Source of the DNA: a virus
Taxonomy: Duplodnaviria > Caudoviricetes
Strand: one strand, 5' to 3'
IMG/VR virus record: IMGVR_UViG_2802429733_000002
Location: 1 to 64,000 of that record
Length of the DNA: 64,000 nucleotides
Shown here: positions 26,835 to 37,071 of the stretch, one piece after another
Layout of the letters: each line of letters begins with the position of its first letter
Numbering within the stretch: position 1 is the first letter of the stretch
Notes under the pieces: generated by a model
Database searches by the model: none
What the model was told of the DNA's origin: nothing
Seen by the model: the letters and a program-made list of their open reading frames with translations, nothing else
Translations under genes and position numbers: made by a program

Positions 26835-27012
26835 GGGGATCAGCTATCAGCACGGGTCGGCGTGGACCCGTCGGTTTCGGACGTTAGTTCCGAGGGGCCT
26901 CGGCAGCATCGGGACGTGGGACACCCGCCGGCACCCGGTTGATCGGAGTAGCGAGTCCGATCCGAAGTCGTGGCGCTCTCTGTCCTGCCGCCATGAGGCC
27001 GGGCATTGGCTT

Positions 27013-27375
27013 CTACGCGGCCGGCTCAGGATCCGGCTCCGGCTCCGCGGGCGGTGCAGGCGTCGCGGCGGCGAGCGCGGCCTTCAGCTCCTCGACCTCG
27101 AGCCTGAGGTCGCCGTTCTCGGATTCGAGCGTCGAGGCACGGGCGGACAGGGCGCCTACCTCTTCGAGGGTGTCGGCATTGATGGTCTCGATCACCGTCT
27201 CGAGCGGGAAGCCGAGGGCGCCGGCCTGTTCGGGCGTCATCGGGCCGTTGAGCGAGATCGTCTCGCGGCCGAAGGCGTCGGTCTGCGCGTCGCCGAGGAT
27301 CACGTGGAAGGCGGGCGGCCCTCCGGAGCCCGGCGGGCGGCCGCGAAACAGGAATTCGTAGACGAAGACGGCCAT
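27013..27375 (-). CDS. Small coiled-coil phage protein (tail-fibre associated)
   Basis: 120 aa, directly after tail fibre; heptad C-terminus. Confidence 0.65.
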   Translation of the reverse strand: MAVFVYEFLFRGRPPGSGGPPAFHVILGDAQTDAFGRETISLNGPMTPEQAGALGFPLETVIETINADTLEEVGALSARASTLESENGDLRLEVEELKAALAAATPAPPAEPEPDPEPAA

Positions 27376-27385
27376 GGTCGGCTCC

Positions 27386-29026
27386 TCAGGCGATGGCGGT
27401 GACGTTGGTGCCGGCGATCTTCCAGACCGAGCCGTTCCAGGTGACGACGGCGCCGGTGCCGGCTCCCGCCCCCTCCTGCGTGCCGGCGCCGTTGAAGGCT
27501 CGGCAGTTGCTGGCCCAGGCCGTGTGGCCGACCTGCATGTTGGCGGCAGGAAGGGTTGCGACGGTGAAGGACGGCAGGCTCGCCGCGGCGATCGATGCCA
27601 CGGGCGTCATGGTGCATTCGTCGAAGTCGACCCATGTGACGCTGGACGAGACGCCAAGCGTCACGTTCACGACCATGCGGAACTCGCAATAGCCCGCATC
27701 GGCCGGGGCCGTGACCTGACCTTCGAGAAGAGCCCAGGCTGTCGTCGAGCCGACACCGATCGTCGAGAAGGCGGTCGTCGAGGCTGTCCCGTCGCTCTTG
27801 AACCACTGCGCACGCAGAGAGATCAGGCCCGCATTCGCGAGCGCGGCGTTGGCGCGAACCCAGGCGCTGATGGCGTAGCGTCCGCCCGGGACAACCGGAA
27901 ACCTCTCCCCAACCGCGTTCAGCGTGCCGGTGGTCTTCGCTCCGAAATTCAGCCGGAGGTAGGAGCCGCCGGACAGGGCGTTGATGGAGGTGACGACCTG
28001 CTGCGCCGCCCCGTCGGAGAAGCCGCTGAAGGTCGGCCAGCCGGACAGGCCCTGCTCGAATCCACCGTTCGGCACGAGGTTCGGGCCGTTCGCGAGGCCG
28101 TTGAGGCGCTTGAGGTTTGCGCCCGTCAGAAGGCCGTCCGCCGTCTCGGTCGCTGCCCCGCCGAACGGCACCTGGCCGCTGCCCCGGGTCCAGTTGAGAA
28201 CCCGCCATCCCCCCGTATCGTTGGACGCGACGTGGAGGATGTCTCCCGAGGCGACCGTGATGTTGGCGCCGCCCGGAATGACCAGCGTCGAGGCGTTGTG
28301 GTTGACGGTCGCCGCGCCCGAGAAACGGAGGATCTTCTCGCAGTTCGGGCTCGATCCGAACGAGGTGATCGTCGCTGCGCCGGTGATATTGATCCTACGC
28401 TTGCGGACCGAGCCGAGATTGGTGGTCGCGGCCGAGGCGAGCGTGCCCTCGCCGACGCGGAAATCGACCGTGCCGTCCGAGCCGTCGATGTCGATGCTCT
28501 CGGTCGGCACCACGCCGTCGAGATAGGTGCGGCCGAGGAGCCTCTCGGTGCCGGAGATGGTCCGGTGCTCCCATCCGAACCACTTCCGGGTCCCGCGGCG
28601 GAAGAGCCATTCCGTGAAGGAGCCGTTCCCGTCCGCGCGATCGAGCGGGAAGGACTTCGAGGCCTGATCCAGCGTGAGCGACAGGCCGAAGGTGTTCTTG
28701 AGCGCGTTGATCAGCGTGATCATGCCCAGGTTCGTCTGGGCGATGACGCTGCCGGGGACCGCGAGGTTGTCGATGACGAACGGGGTGCCGGCGGCGAATG
28801 CCGTGTTGTTGGAGAAGGCGCTGTCGATGGTGAAGCTCGCGCCCGTCGTGCCGTTCGGCGTCCAGGTCGTGATGATGCGCGTCGGACCGTCGATGCCAGC
28901 GCGCGAGCCCGGTCCGATGGCCATGCCCGGCGTCACAGGGAAGGCGGACATATCCCCCTGGATCGTGCCAGCGGTCGAGTTGGCGGCGAGCGTCAGCGTC
29001 GCGCCTGCCGGAGCGTAGTAACCCAT
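27386..29026 (-). CDS. Tail fibre/receptor-binding protein with carbohydrate-binding-like domain
   Basis: Gly/Thr/Ala-rich beta repeats; NLVPNGGFEQGLSGW begins a CBM4/9-like module. Confidence 0.75.
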   Translation of the reverse strand: MGYYAPAGATLTLAANSTAGTIQGDMSAFPVTPGMAIGPGSRAGIDGPTRIITTWTPNGTTGASFTIDSAFSNNTAFAAGTPFVIDNLAVPGSVIAQTNLGMITLINALKNTFGLSLTLDQASKSFPLDRADGNGSFTEWLFRRGTRKWFGWEHRTISGTERLLGRTYLDGVVPTESIDIDGSDGTVDFRVGEGTLASAATTNLGSVRKRRINITGAATITSFGSSPNCEKILRFSGAATVNHNASTLVIPGGANITVASGDILHVASNDTGGWRVLNWTRGSGQVPFGGAATETADGLLTGANLKRLNGLANGPNLVPNGGFEQGLSGWPTFSGFSDGAAQQVVTSINALSGGSYLRLNFGAKTTGTLNAVGERFPVVPGGRYAISAWVRANAALANAGLISLRAQWFKSDGTASTTAFSTIGVGSTTAWALLEGQVTAPADAGYCEFRMVVNVTLGVSSSVTWVDFDECTMTPVASIAAASLPSFTVATLPAANMQVGHTAWASNCRAFNGAGTQEGAGAGTGAVVTWNGSVWKIAGTNVTAIA

Positions 29027-29037
29027 GATGCTGCCCC

Positions 29038-29868
29038 TCAGAGTCTCGGAAGAATGTCGGCCCGTCCGGCTTCGACGATGACCCGCTCGACCTCGGCCTT
29101 GCGCACCGGCCTCTCGACCAGCCCGGTGAGCCTCGCCTTCAAGGTCTCGTGCTTGGCGGCCGCGAACCAGTAGGCGTCCGCCGTCTCGACGATCGCCTGT
29201 GCGACCTCCTCGGCAGAGCGACCGGCCGCAGCGGCCATTGCGGCAATCCCCGACGACTGACGTCCTTCGAGCGCCGCCGCCGCCTCAGGACGCTGCGCGA
29301 CGGCAGCGAGGGCGGCAGCAGTGGCCGGCACGCCTTCCGAGGTCAGGACAGCGAGCGCCTTGGCCGCGACTGCCGCTCCCTGCGGGCCGACGAGGTGAGA
29401 AGCAACCGCCCGCTTGATCCGCCTCTGCCGGCGGACGGTGGTGGCTTCCGTGACCTCGAGCTCGAACCTGCGCTCGGTGTGCGAGGGGTGCGTGACGCGG
29501 ACGACATGGGGACCGGCGACGGAGAAGGTCAGCGAGATCGGCCCCTCCTGCTCCGCCGGGATTGTCGTCAGCCCATCCGCGCCGTGCACCTCCACGATCG
29601 AGCCCGCCGGCACGGCCTGCAGCACGACCTCGTCGTTCTCGTCGGCCTGGACCGAGGTTCTGTCGGCGGTCACGGCGATCTGCTGCTTGGGCACCGGGAC
29701 GCCATCAGGGGCATGCCAGTACTCCGGCCCGAGCGGCGGGACGTCCACGACGCGATTGTTGGGATCGAGCCTTTGCCGCAGGCGGTCGAGCGTTTCCTCC
29801 GGCGCGGGGTATGGGACAGCGTCGTACGACGCGACGAACGAGCCGCGCTCGTCGACGATCCACAGCAT
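29038..29868 (-). CDS. Tail-associated hypothetical protein (fibre assembly-like)
   Basis: Position and coupling in tail operon. Confidence 0.55.
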   Translation of the reverse strand: MLWIVDERGSFVASYDAVPYPAPEETLDRLRQRLDPNNRVVDVPPLGPEYWHAPDGVPVPKQQIAVTADRTSVQADENDEVVLQAVPAGSIVEVHGADGLTTIPAEQEGPISLTFSVAGPHVVRVTHPSHTERRFELEVTEATTVRRQRRIKRAVASHLVGPQGAAVAAKALAVLTSEGVPATAAALAAVAQRPEAAAALEGRQSSGIAAMAAAAGRSAEEVAQAIVETADAYWFAAAKHETLKARLTGLVERPVRKAEVERVIVEAGRADILPRL

Positions 29869-29869
29869 G

Positions 29870-30445
29870 CTAAATCTCCAGGGCAGTCCAGCGGACCCGA
29901 AGCCTCAGGTTTATGTTTCCTGAGGTCTTGCTGCACAGGTAGGTGATGGCCTTAATGTCCGTACTGTTCCACGTATAGCGCCAGCCGGCTCGCACAACTA
30001 TTCGGGCGCCCTGCGTTTCGTAACGGTATTCAATGTGAAATGCGGAGCATAGCTTCTTCCCGAAAGCCTCGCCGCCATATTCTGTTCTGGCCAATTGAGC
30101 CGGGGTGTGGTCCACTCCCTGCCAGGAGTGCCAAATCTCAGGACTCCCGTCCTCCCGCTCAGGGATGGCAGTGGCGATGACGTGCGTCGGCGTGACACCT
30201 AGCCCGTGCGGGACGGTCTTCTCCCCAAGAACGAGGTAATAATAGACGCTGGTTCCGATAGCATAACCAGCAACATCGGCCCCTCCGCAGAAGAACTCTC
30301 CGGTCCCGAGCACGCGGCCGGGATAGCCCCGGCTGTCGAAGACGATCTGATTGAAGCTCGGGTTGGCGTCGTTCGCGCCTGGCGCGAGCTGCCGGATGAT
30401 GAATTCTGAGCCCTTGCGGCCGGCGAAGAACGGGACGTCAGCCAC
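29870..30445 (-). CDS. Minor tail protein
   Basis: N-terminus paralogous to neighbours (PG.ND.N..FN.IVFDS). Confidence 0.6.
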   Translation of the reverse strand: MADVPFFAGRKGSEFIIRQLAPGANDANPSFNQIVFDSRGYPGRVLGTGEFFCGGADVAGYAIGTSVYYYLVLGEKTVPHGLGVTPTHVIATAIPEREDGSPEIWHSWQGVDHTPAQLARTEYGGEAFGKKLCSAFHIEYRYETQGARIVVRAGWRYTWNSTDIKAITYLCSKTSGNINLRLRVRWTALEI

Positions 30446-30806
30446 CGGGCATCCCCATCAGCAGAGCGATCCAGTAGATGGGCTTCCCCTCGGCCGGGTA
30501 GGATCCGTCCCAGGCCTGGACCGCCTGGACCGTGAAGCCGGTCAGGTCGGGGTCTGCCCTGACCGGCGCGGATTCCGTGCTCTGTCCTCTCACGCCGCAG
30601 ATAACCATCGGCGGCACGGCCAGGGGGATGGTGTTGCTGAAATTGACGCGCGGCGTGCCGCTCAGAGACGCGATGGTCCCGCTGTCGATCTTCATCAGCT
30701 GCTTCGCGGTGCTGAAGATCAGGTTGGCCTCGGACGTCGTGGCGGCGTCGAAGCCGTATTTGGCAATACGCAGCCCGTTGCTCGCGACGTAGAACTCCCT
30801 CGCCAC
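30438..30806 (-). CDS. Minor tail protein
   Basis: GLRIAKYGFDAATTSEANLIFST; paralog of neighbours. Confidence 0.6.
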   Translation of the reverse strand: MAREFYVASNGLRIAKYGFDAATTSEANLIFSTAKQLMKIDSGTIASLSGTPRVNFSNTIPLAVPPMVICGVRGQSTESAPVRADPDLTGFTVQAVQAWDGSYPAEGKPIYWIALLMGMPGG

Positions 30807-31231
30807 TACTGCACCACGAAGTACTGGATTTGATCTCCCGGAGCGCCTGTCGAGGCGTAGCGGGTTGGGCGCAACACCCGGAATTGCGTCGCCTCTACGT
30901 GAGCAACGTAGAGCGTGCCGCCGACGTTATAGACCCCTCCAATGCCATCGAACGTCGTCGTGATCTCGGTGTAGCCCCGGATCACATAATTGCTCCGTCG
31001 CAAGGCCAGCTCGATGTTCGGAGGCGAAGAATAGCTCTGAAGGAACGGTATCCAGGCGCCTATGCTCGATACCGTGCCGATCTCCGCGATCCGGCCGATG
31101 CTCTGCCATGACGCAGCGAAGGCCATCTTCGTCCGGTCGTTCACGTCGTCGAGCAGGGCGTCGAAGCCCGGCCGCGCGATGCGGGCGTCAAGGCCGACGC
31201 TCGTTGGCCCGAAATACAGCTCCCGTCCCAT
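30806..31231 (-). CDS. Minor tail protein
   Basis: DARIARPGFDAL...KMAFAASW; paralog of neighbours. Confidence 0.6.
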   Translation of the reverse strand: MGRELYFGPTSVGLDARIARPGFDALLDDVNDRTKMAFAASWQSIGRIAEIGTVSSIGAWIPFLQSYSSPPNIELALRRSNYVIRGYTEITTTFDGIGGVYNVGGTLYVAHVEATQFRVLRPTRYASTGAPGDQIQYFVVQ

Positions 31232-31234
31232 GTC

Positions 31235-34200
31235 CTACCTCCAGAACGACAGGGAGCCGTTGTTGAGGTCGAGCACGACGCGGCGATTGACGCCGTCCGA
31301 GGCGAGGGCCGCCGAGACGACCTGGCCGGCATCCACGATGACCTGAGATGTTCCGTTGCTCATGGCGAGCACCGTAAAGCCGGCCCGGGCGTTGCTGGCC
31401 TTCACGCTCAGGGCCCATGCGGCCGTAGCCCCCGATGGAGCCGAGACAGCGACGAAGGCGAGCTTACCGCTCGCGGTCATGTCGTTCGCCTTCGCCTCGA
31501 TCTCGGTGACCGTGCCAGCGACCGCGGTCACGGCGTTCTGCGCGGCCTCCGCCTTCGTGTCGGCGGCATTCGCCTTGGTCTGTGCCGCCACGGCCTTGCC
31601 GTCGGCGGTGGAGGCGGCCGTCGCGGCGTTGCTGGCCGCGGTCTGTGCGGCGACCGCTTTCCCATCGGCCGTCGACGCTGCTGAGGCCGCATTGGAAGCA
31701 GCCGTCTGGGCTGCCACAGCTTTTCCGTCGGCCGTGCTTGCCGCGGACGCCGCATTGCTCGCTGCCGTTTGAGCCGCGACCGCCTTGCCATCCGCCGTCG
31801 AGGCAGCCGAGGCGGCGTTCGACGCGGCAGTGGCCGCATTCACGGCCTTCCCGTCTGCCGTAGCGGCCGCGGAAGCGGCATTGTTCGCCGCCGTGATCGC
31901 CGCCGCTGCGTTGCCGGCAGCCCCGGCCGCAGCAATTTCGACGGAGCTGACCCGAGAAGAGAGCGACGGGTTCTGCGGCGTCCCGTTGCCGTTAAGGGTC
32001 AGTTCGAGGTTCCCCACGCGGGAAACAAGGCCTGAGGCGGGACCGTCCGGTCCTGCCGCCTTGCCGACGACCTCGGCAAGAGTCGTGAGCCGCGCGCTGA
32101 TCGATGTCGGCCCTGTTCCGGAGACGGCCGTCTGCAGGTCCGACAGCTGGCGGACGAGGCCTGTATTTGGATCGGTCGTGACCTCTTCGAGCGTGGTAAT
32201 GCGCCCCGTGATCGAACCGGAGCCGGTCCCCGTGCCGATCGTGCCCTCGATCGTGGACAGACGGCTGACGACGGACGAGGGGTTCTGCGCGTTCGTGGTG
32301 ACGTTCTCGAGGACGCCGATGCGCCCGGCCGCCGCGCCTGCCGCTGTTTCGAGGGCTCGCTGCGCCGACGCCGTCGCGACAAAGCCGTTCGACATCACCT
32401 GCTCGAAGGACGAGAAGCGCGCAGCCGCGTCCCCCTGGACCGCAAGAATGGTTCGCCCGCTCTCCGCGATGACCTCGCCCATCTCCCCGATCCGGGCACC
32501 GAGGGTCAGGGTCGCGGTACCGAGCCGCTCGTTGACCCCACCTTCGAGCTCCGCCACCCGCGCGAGCAGAGCGTCGAGCGTCAGGTCCCTCGCATCGCCG
32601 TCGAACTTCACCGCCGCCGTCGACGCGGACGCGACGATCGAGCCGAGCGCGTTGAGCTGCAAGACGGCGTTCGAGACCTGGCCCGTGAGGGTGTTGACCG
32701 AACTCGCCAGCGACGTGATGGTCCCCTCCGGCCCGGTCAGCGTCGTGCTGAGGGTCGTGACCCGGCCGTCCACCTCGTCGAGCTGCGCCGTCGTCGCCCG
32801 GAGCGCGATCTCGCCGGCAACAGCGTCGAGGGAAACGGACAGCGAATTGAGCGTGTCGAGGATGCCGTTCAGGTCCCCATCGACGATCGTGGAGGCGAGC
32901 AGGGAGACCCGGGCATTGAGCGCGTCGAGGTCGATGGCGACGCTATTGATCCGGCTGTCGAGGATGGCCTCGCCAGCGATCCTGTAGGCGCCCTCCGACT
33001 GGACGACACCAATCTGCACCATCATCCCCTCGAAGGAGTTGAGGCGGTTCTGGGCGTCGGCGAACGCGGCCTGGATGAGGTCGAGGTCGTCTCGGAGCGA
33101 GCGCGCAACGAGCTTCGAGCGCGTGCGGTCCGCCGGGTTGGAGGACAGGGCGAGCTTGAGGTCCTCGATGTTCCCGAAGGCCGAATTTGCCCGCGACTGC
33201 GCGCTGTTCGCGACGTTGAGGGCTTCACCGATCGAGCCCGGCCCGGTGCCTTCGAGCAGCCCCCGGAAATAGGCGTCGATCTGGTTCAGGGTGACGTTGA
33301 CGATGTCGACGGATCCGCCGTCGACGCGCGGCGGGACCGTGGAGAAGGTCGTATAGGTCCAGTCCCCGGGAACGCCGGTCCGGCCTATCGCGCGGCCGCG
33401 GACGCGCACCGGCAGAGGCGATTGCCGGATGACCACCGATCCCGACGCGCTGGCAAGGGCAGTCTGCACCTCGGTCCAATCGGTCGCGGGCATATCGACT
33501 TCGTCGATCGCGTACTGGACGTCGAAGGCGACCGCGCCGAACGGCTGCGGGACGCTCCAGACCATCTGGATGTCGGTCTCCGTGCGCTCGCACCAGGCTC
33601 GGATCGAGGGCAGGTTCGGGCGAAGGGGCTCGACAGGCCCCTCGGGATCGATCGGTCCGGGAACGACGGTCTCCTCCCCGAGGATCTGCCAGACCTTCGG
33701 GTTGTCGATGACCATCTCGATTTCGATGTGGTCCTCGCTGACGGGCCGCGTCGAGCGGGCGATGTAGGTCTCCTGAAGCTCGACGAGCGGGCCGATCGTC
33801 AGCGTGTTCGGCTCCTGCAGCTCGCCCGTCAGGACGTCCGCGAGGAGAACGCCGGTCGCGGCCTGGATGTTGCTGACGTCCGTCGCGTTGAGCGTGAGGC
33901 GCGTGCCGCCGTCATAGACCGCGCGCAGGATGCCCCACTCGTTTCCCTCCTTGCCGCGCAGCGAGACATAGGTGTTGCCGGCGGCGATCGGCGGCGGGGC
34001 CTCGACCTCGAAGGTCGTGCCGGACACGAGCCGGCCCGGTAGCGCGGCCTTCGCGTCCACGAACCAGAGATCGGACAGGATGTGCGTGGCGGGGTAGATG
34101 AGCCTTCCCTGCCACTCCGTCGTGATCGTGCGCTCGGCGCCGCGGAACTTGTCGATGGCCGACAGCCAGTTCGCGAGCATCACCGCATGCGCGCCGGAGG

Positions 34201-36004
34201 TGACGCCGGGGAACTTGTAGCGCTTGGGCGTGCGGGTCTGAGAGAACTTGGTCTGCCGGGCCTCGTCGGGGCGCTTCTCGTCGCCGTCCCGGAGGTATTC
34301 GACGATGACGTCGCCCTTCGAGGAATCGGACTTCGTGAAGATGAAGCGCTGGGCGGTCGTGTCGGCGAGGATCTGCTGCCGGGTGATGACCTGCCGGCCG
34401 CCGGCCTCCTCGGCGCTCTCGTCGCGCATGAAGCTGTAGATCTGGCCCAGGCGCTGATGCTGGGCGCGCAGCGGGCCGAGGACGGTGTTCAAGGCGACGC
34501 CGAACGTCGTCACCTCGTCGAGGAAGCCGTTGAACTCGTCGAAGCCGGCGAGGTCCGCCCGGTTCGCATAGGCGAGGCACTTCTCGCCATCGACCCCGTC
34601 CGGCCGGTTGAGGCCGTAGGGCGAGCGGATCAGGTCCGCGAAGGCCCAGACGGCCTTCCGCGTCGGCTGCTCCACCCACGTCGAGCCATTGAAGACGGGC
34701 ACGATCCGCTCCGCCTCGACGCGGACCTCGCCCAAGGAGGAGATGCCCTTGATGCCGGAGACGCGGATGACGACCTCGGTCGTCCCCTCGCGCACGCGGA
34801 CGTCCGGCAAGAGTGCGGAAAGCTCGTCCCAGTAGACGGTGTTCGACGCCTCGATGCCGATCATACTCGGGTCGGGCCAGGGATTGCACGAGCGGACCTG
34901 CCACTCCGCCATCTCCGGCAGGGTCTTCTCGCGTCCGAAGTGGCCGCCCTCGGGCAGGCACTGGTAGCCGATGTTTTCTGCGTCCGTGATGATGGGGCCA
35001 GTGGGGTTGCCCGTGACCGGATCGAGGCGCTGAAATTGGAAGGAGATGCCGAAATTGTTCGGCTTCGCCTCCCCCTTGTCGCCGCGGACCATGACGGTGC
35101 CGAAGCTCCAGGCGAGATAGAGCTTGTCGGCCTTCACCCCGTGCGGGGTTGCCCGATACCAGGGTGTCCAGTCCGGGTTCCCGTATGAGCGCGGCAGTTC
35201 CTGCCCGATGACGCTCTCGCTCGTCGCGATATCGCCGGGCACGATCTTCGAGGCCTGCTCGTAGAGGACCTCGACCTCGGACGGGATGCCGAAGAGCGAC
35301 GAGACGTTGAACGGCGACTGGACGCCGCCCGCCTTCGTCCAGAAGGTGCTCTCGCCGACCTTGACCGCGAGGACGTCCCACTTCCCAAGCCCGACCAGCA
35401 GGCGCTTCACGAGAACGGTTTGCTTGTTCCCGATGTATCGAATGAAGTCTCGCTGGGAGAGCGGAGGCGTCGACCAGCATCGCCCGTAGCCGAGCGGGCG
35501 GCGCGCGCCGCGCTTCGCCACGTTGCCGGACGGCGCGATGTCGTAGAACGAGTTGTCCGTCTTCTTCGCGGCGTTCGACTTCGCCGCTGCGGCCTGCAGC
35601 AGGGCCGCGCCGATGACCATGCCCGTCTGCACCGCGAACCCGATAAGGCCGCCACCGACCGCCGCCGCGGCCCAAGGCGCGAGGAGAAGCAGGGCCGCAG
35701 AGGCGATCATCAGCGCAACCGACAGGCCGCTGCTGCCGCCCAGAGCCGGCCGCACGAACACGACATGGTCGTCCGGACCGACGAGCGTCGTCGCGTAATC
35801 CGCCCGCATCCTCGCGGCCTGGTCGAGATCGGCCCGCGTGAGGGCGGCGAGGTTCACCTTCTTCCGGAAGACGAGCGCGACCGTGGCCCGGTCCTTCGGG
35901 GCATGCTGCTTGACGATGGTCGACAGCCGCCGACGGCGCCGGGGCAGCGCCTTCGCCTCACCGAGAGGCTTGTGCAGGTTGTCGACTTCGAGGACGAGGG
36001 TCAT
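31235..36004 (-). CDS. Central tail fibre / host specificity protein J-like (1589 aa)
   Basis: ATG 36004; PLGYGRCWSTPPL, RKAVWAFADLIRSPYG, FNGFLD, FN3-like segment, long trimeric coiled-coil and repeats. Confidence 0.85.
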   Translation of the reverse strand: MTLVLEVDNLHKPLGEAKALPRRRRRLSTIVKQHAPKDRATVALVFRKKVNLAALTRADLDQAARMRADYATTLVGPDDHVVFVRPALGGSSGLSVALMIASAALLLLAPWAAAAVGGGLIGFAVQTGMVIGAALLQAAAAKSNAAKKTDNSFYDIAPSGNVAKRGARRPLGYGRCWSTPPLSQRDFIRYIGNKQTVLVKRLLVGLGKWDVLAVKVGESTFWTKAGGVQSPFNVSSLFGIPSEVEVLYEQASKIVPGDIATSESVIGQELPRSYGNPDWTPWYRATPHGVKADKLYLAWSFGTVMVRGDKGEAKPNNFGISFQFQRLDPVTGNPTGPIITDAENIGYQCLPEGGHFGREKTLPEMAEWQVRSCNPWPDPSMIGIEASNTVYWDELSALLPDVRVREGTTEVVIRVSGIKGISSLGEVRVEAERIVPVFNGSTWVEQPTRKAVWAFADLIRSPYGLNRPDGVDGEKCLAYANRADLAGFDEFNGFLDEVTTFGVALNTVLGPLRAQHQRLGQIYSFMRDESAEEAGGRQVITRQQILADTTAQRFIFTKSDSSKGDVIVEYLRDGDEKRPDEARQTKFSQTRTPKRYKFPGVTSGAHAVMLANWLSAIDKFRGAERTITTEWQGRLIYPATHILSDLWFVDAKAALPGRLVSGTTFEVEAPPPIAAGNTYVSLRGKEGNEWGILRAVYDGGTRLTLNATDVSNIQAATGVLLADVLTGELQEPNTLTIGPLVELQETYIARSTRPVSEDHIEIEMVIDNPKVWQILGEETVVPGPIDPEGPVEPLRPNLPSIRAWCERTETDIQMVWSVPQPFGAVAFDVQYAIDEVDMPATDWTEVQTALASASGSVVIRQSPLPVRVRGRAIGRTGVPGDWTYTTFSTVPPRVDGGSVDIVNVTLNQIDAYFRGLLEGTGPGSIGEALNVANSAQSRANSAFGNIEDLKLALSSNPADRTRSKLVARSLRDDLDLIQAAFADAQNRLNSFEGMMVQIGVVQSEGAYRIAGEAILDSRINSVAIDLDALNARVSLLASTIVDGDLNGILDTLNSLSVSLDAVAGEIALRATTAQLDEVDGRVTTLSTTLTGPEGTITSLASSVNTLTGQVSNAVLQLNALGSIVASASTAAVKFDGDARDLTLDALLARVAELEGGVNERLGTATLTLGARIGEMGEVIAESGRTILAVQGDAAARFSSFEQVMSNGFVATASAQRALETAAGAAAGRIGVLENVTTNAQNPSSVVSRLSTIEGTIGTGTGSGSITGRITTLEEVTTDPNTGLVRQLSDLQTAVSGTGPTSISARLTTLAEVVGKAAGPDGPASGLVSRVGNLELTLNGNGTPQNPSLSSRVSSVEIAAAGAAGNAAAAITAANNAASAAATADGKAVNAATAASNAASAASTADGKAVAAQTAASNAASAASTADGKAVAAQTAASNAASAASTADGKAVAAQTAASNAATAASTADGKAVAAQTKANAADTKAEAAQNAVTAVAGTVTEIEAKANDMTASGKLAFVAVSAPSGATAAWALSVKASNARAGFTVLAMSNGTSQVIVDAGQVVSAALASDGVNRRVVLDLNNGSLSFWR
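31581..31895 (-). repeat. Five tandem 63-bp (21-aa) repeats in J-like protein
   Basis: Unit TAASNAASAASTADGKAVAAQ, near-identical protein but divergent codons. Confidence 0.9.
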
Positions 36005-36474
36005 GCGTCGGGCCGATAGAAGCGCGGGCGCCAGAGGCGGACGTGTCGAAGGGAGGCGAGGTCGTCGCAGACCACGCCGTGCCAGGTGTCGGTGTGCAGG
36101 ACGCCCCGGCGATCGGCGAGAAAGGTGCCGACATGATCGTGAGGCCCGCCGGCGAAGCGGCTCATCATGACGACGTCGCCGTCCTGCGGGGTCGGATGCT
36201 CGTGCCAGCCGAGGACCTCGACGCCCTGCTGAAGCGCAGCAGCCCGGTCCTCGGGCAGGGGCTCGTTCCCGCCCGGCAGGATGCGGCCGAAGAGGTCGCG
36301 CTGGACGTCCACGACAAGCTGCCAGCAATTGGCCCGCTGCGCGTCATAGGGCCGGCCGAGGAGGCCCTCGACATAGGCCGAGCGGTCAAGGGCGATCCTC
36401 GAGCGCCAGAACGAGATCGTCCCGGCATCAAGATCGAGCTCGACTCGGCCGCTCCCGCTTCGGATCGTGACCAT
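36001..36474 (-). CDS. NlpC/P60 family tail tip protein (lambda K-like)
   Basis: GRPYDAQRANCWQLV...GDVVMM...HVGTFL...VLHT. Confidence 0.85.
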   Translation of the reverse strand: MVTIRSGSGRVELDLDAGTISFWRSRIALDRSAYVEGLLGRPYDAQRANCWQLVVDVQRDLFGRILPGGNEPLPEDRAAALQQGVEVLGWHEHPTPQDGDVVMMSRFAGGPHDHVGTFLADRRGVLHTDTWHGVVCDDLASLRHVRLWRPRFYRPDA

Positions 36475-36513
36475 AGCGTCCTCCGATGGTGACTGGCGGG
36501 AGAACGACTGCGC

Positions 36514-37062
36514 TCAGCCGCGGCGGCATTCGCGCCCGGCGTCGCGCACCGATCCAGGGCCGCGCGCCGAAAGCAGCGACTGCACCTTGGCCTCGAGGAG
36601 CGACAACCGAACCCCCGGAGATGCTGACGCGTCCGCGCTCGCGGCTATGCGAGCCTCGATGGTCGAGATGCGCCCCTCCAGCGCCGCCACCGCATCGCGG
36701 ATGCCCGAGGTGTCTCCATCGGCCGAGACCTCGGCGAGGAGGGACACCTTGGCCTCCATGTCCTGGATGCTGGCGAAAGCGGCCTCGAGATCGGCACTGA
36801 TCTGCCGCTCGGCTTCGCCCGCTGCCGCCAGTATCCCGACGCCCTTTTTCCAGAACGCGGATTCGTCGACGCGTACCTCGAAGATGGCTTTCATCTCCCC
36901 GCGATTCCGAGATGCCTCCAGAGCATCCAGCCGCTTCTCGATGCGGTCGAGCCTTTGATCGATCAGGGCGAAGACCGAAGGCCCTTCCGCTTGGCCGGAT
37001 TTGCCCGGCCAAAGGTCGCCTAAGGGCGTGATGCGCCCTCCGTCAGGCGTATCGCTGCTCAT
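36514..37062 (-). CDS. Coiled-coil hypothetical protein
   Basis: Heptad-rich ORF between DUF1833-like and NlpC/P60 genes. Confidence 0.55.
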   Translation of the reverse strand: MSSDTPDGGRITPLGDLWPGKSGQAEGPSVFALIDQRLDRIEKRLDALEASRNRGEMKAIFEVRVDESAFWKKGVGILAAAGEAERQISADLEAAFASIQDMEAKVSLLAEVSADGDTSGIRDAVAALEGRISTIEARIAASADASASPGVRLSLLEAKVQSLLSARGPGSVRDAGRECRRG

Positions 37063-37071
37063 GGCGCGCTC

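Noticed and set aside
27374-35675. Long alternative-frame ORFs over tail genes (e.g. 27374..29173, 33912..35675, 34082..35188)
   Set aside because: GC3-driven shadow frames of fibre and J genes.
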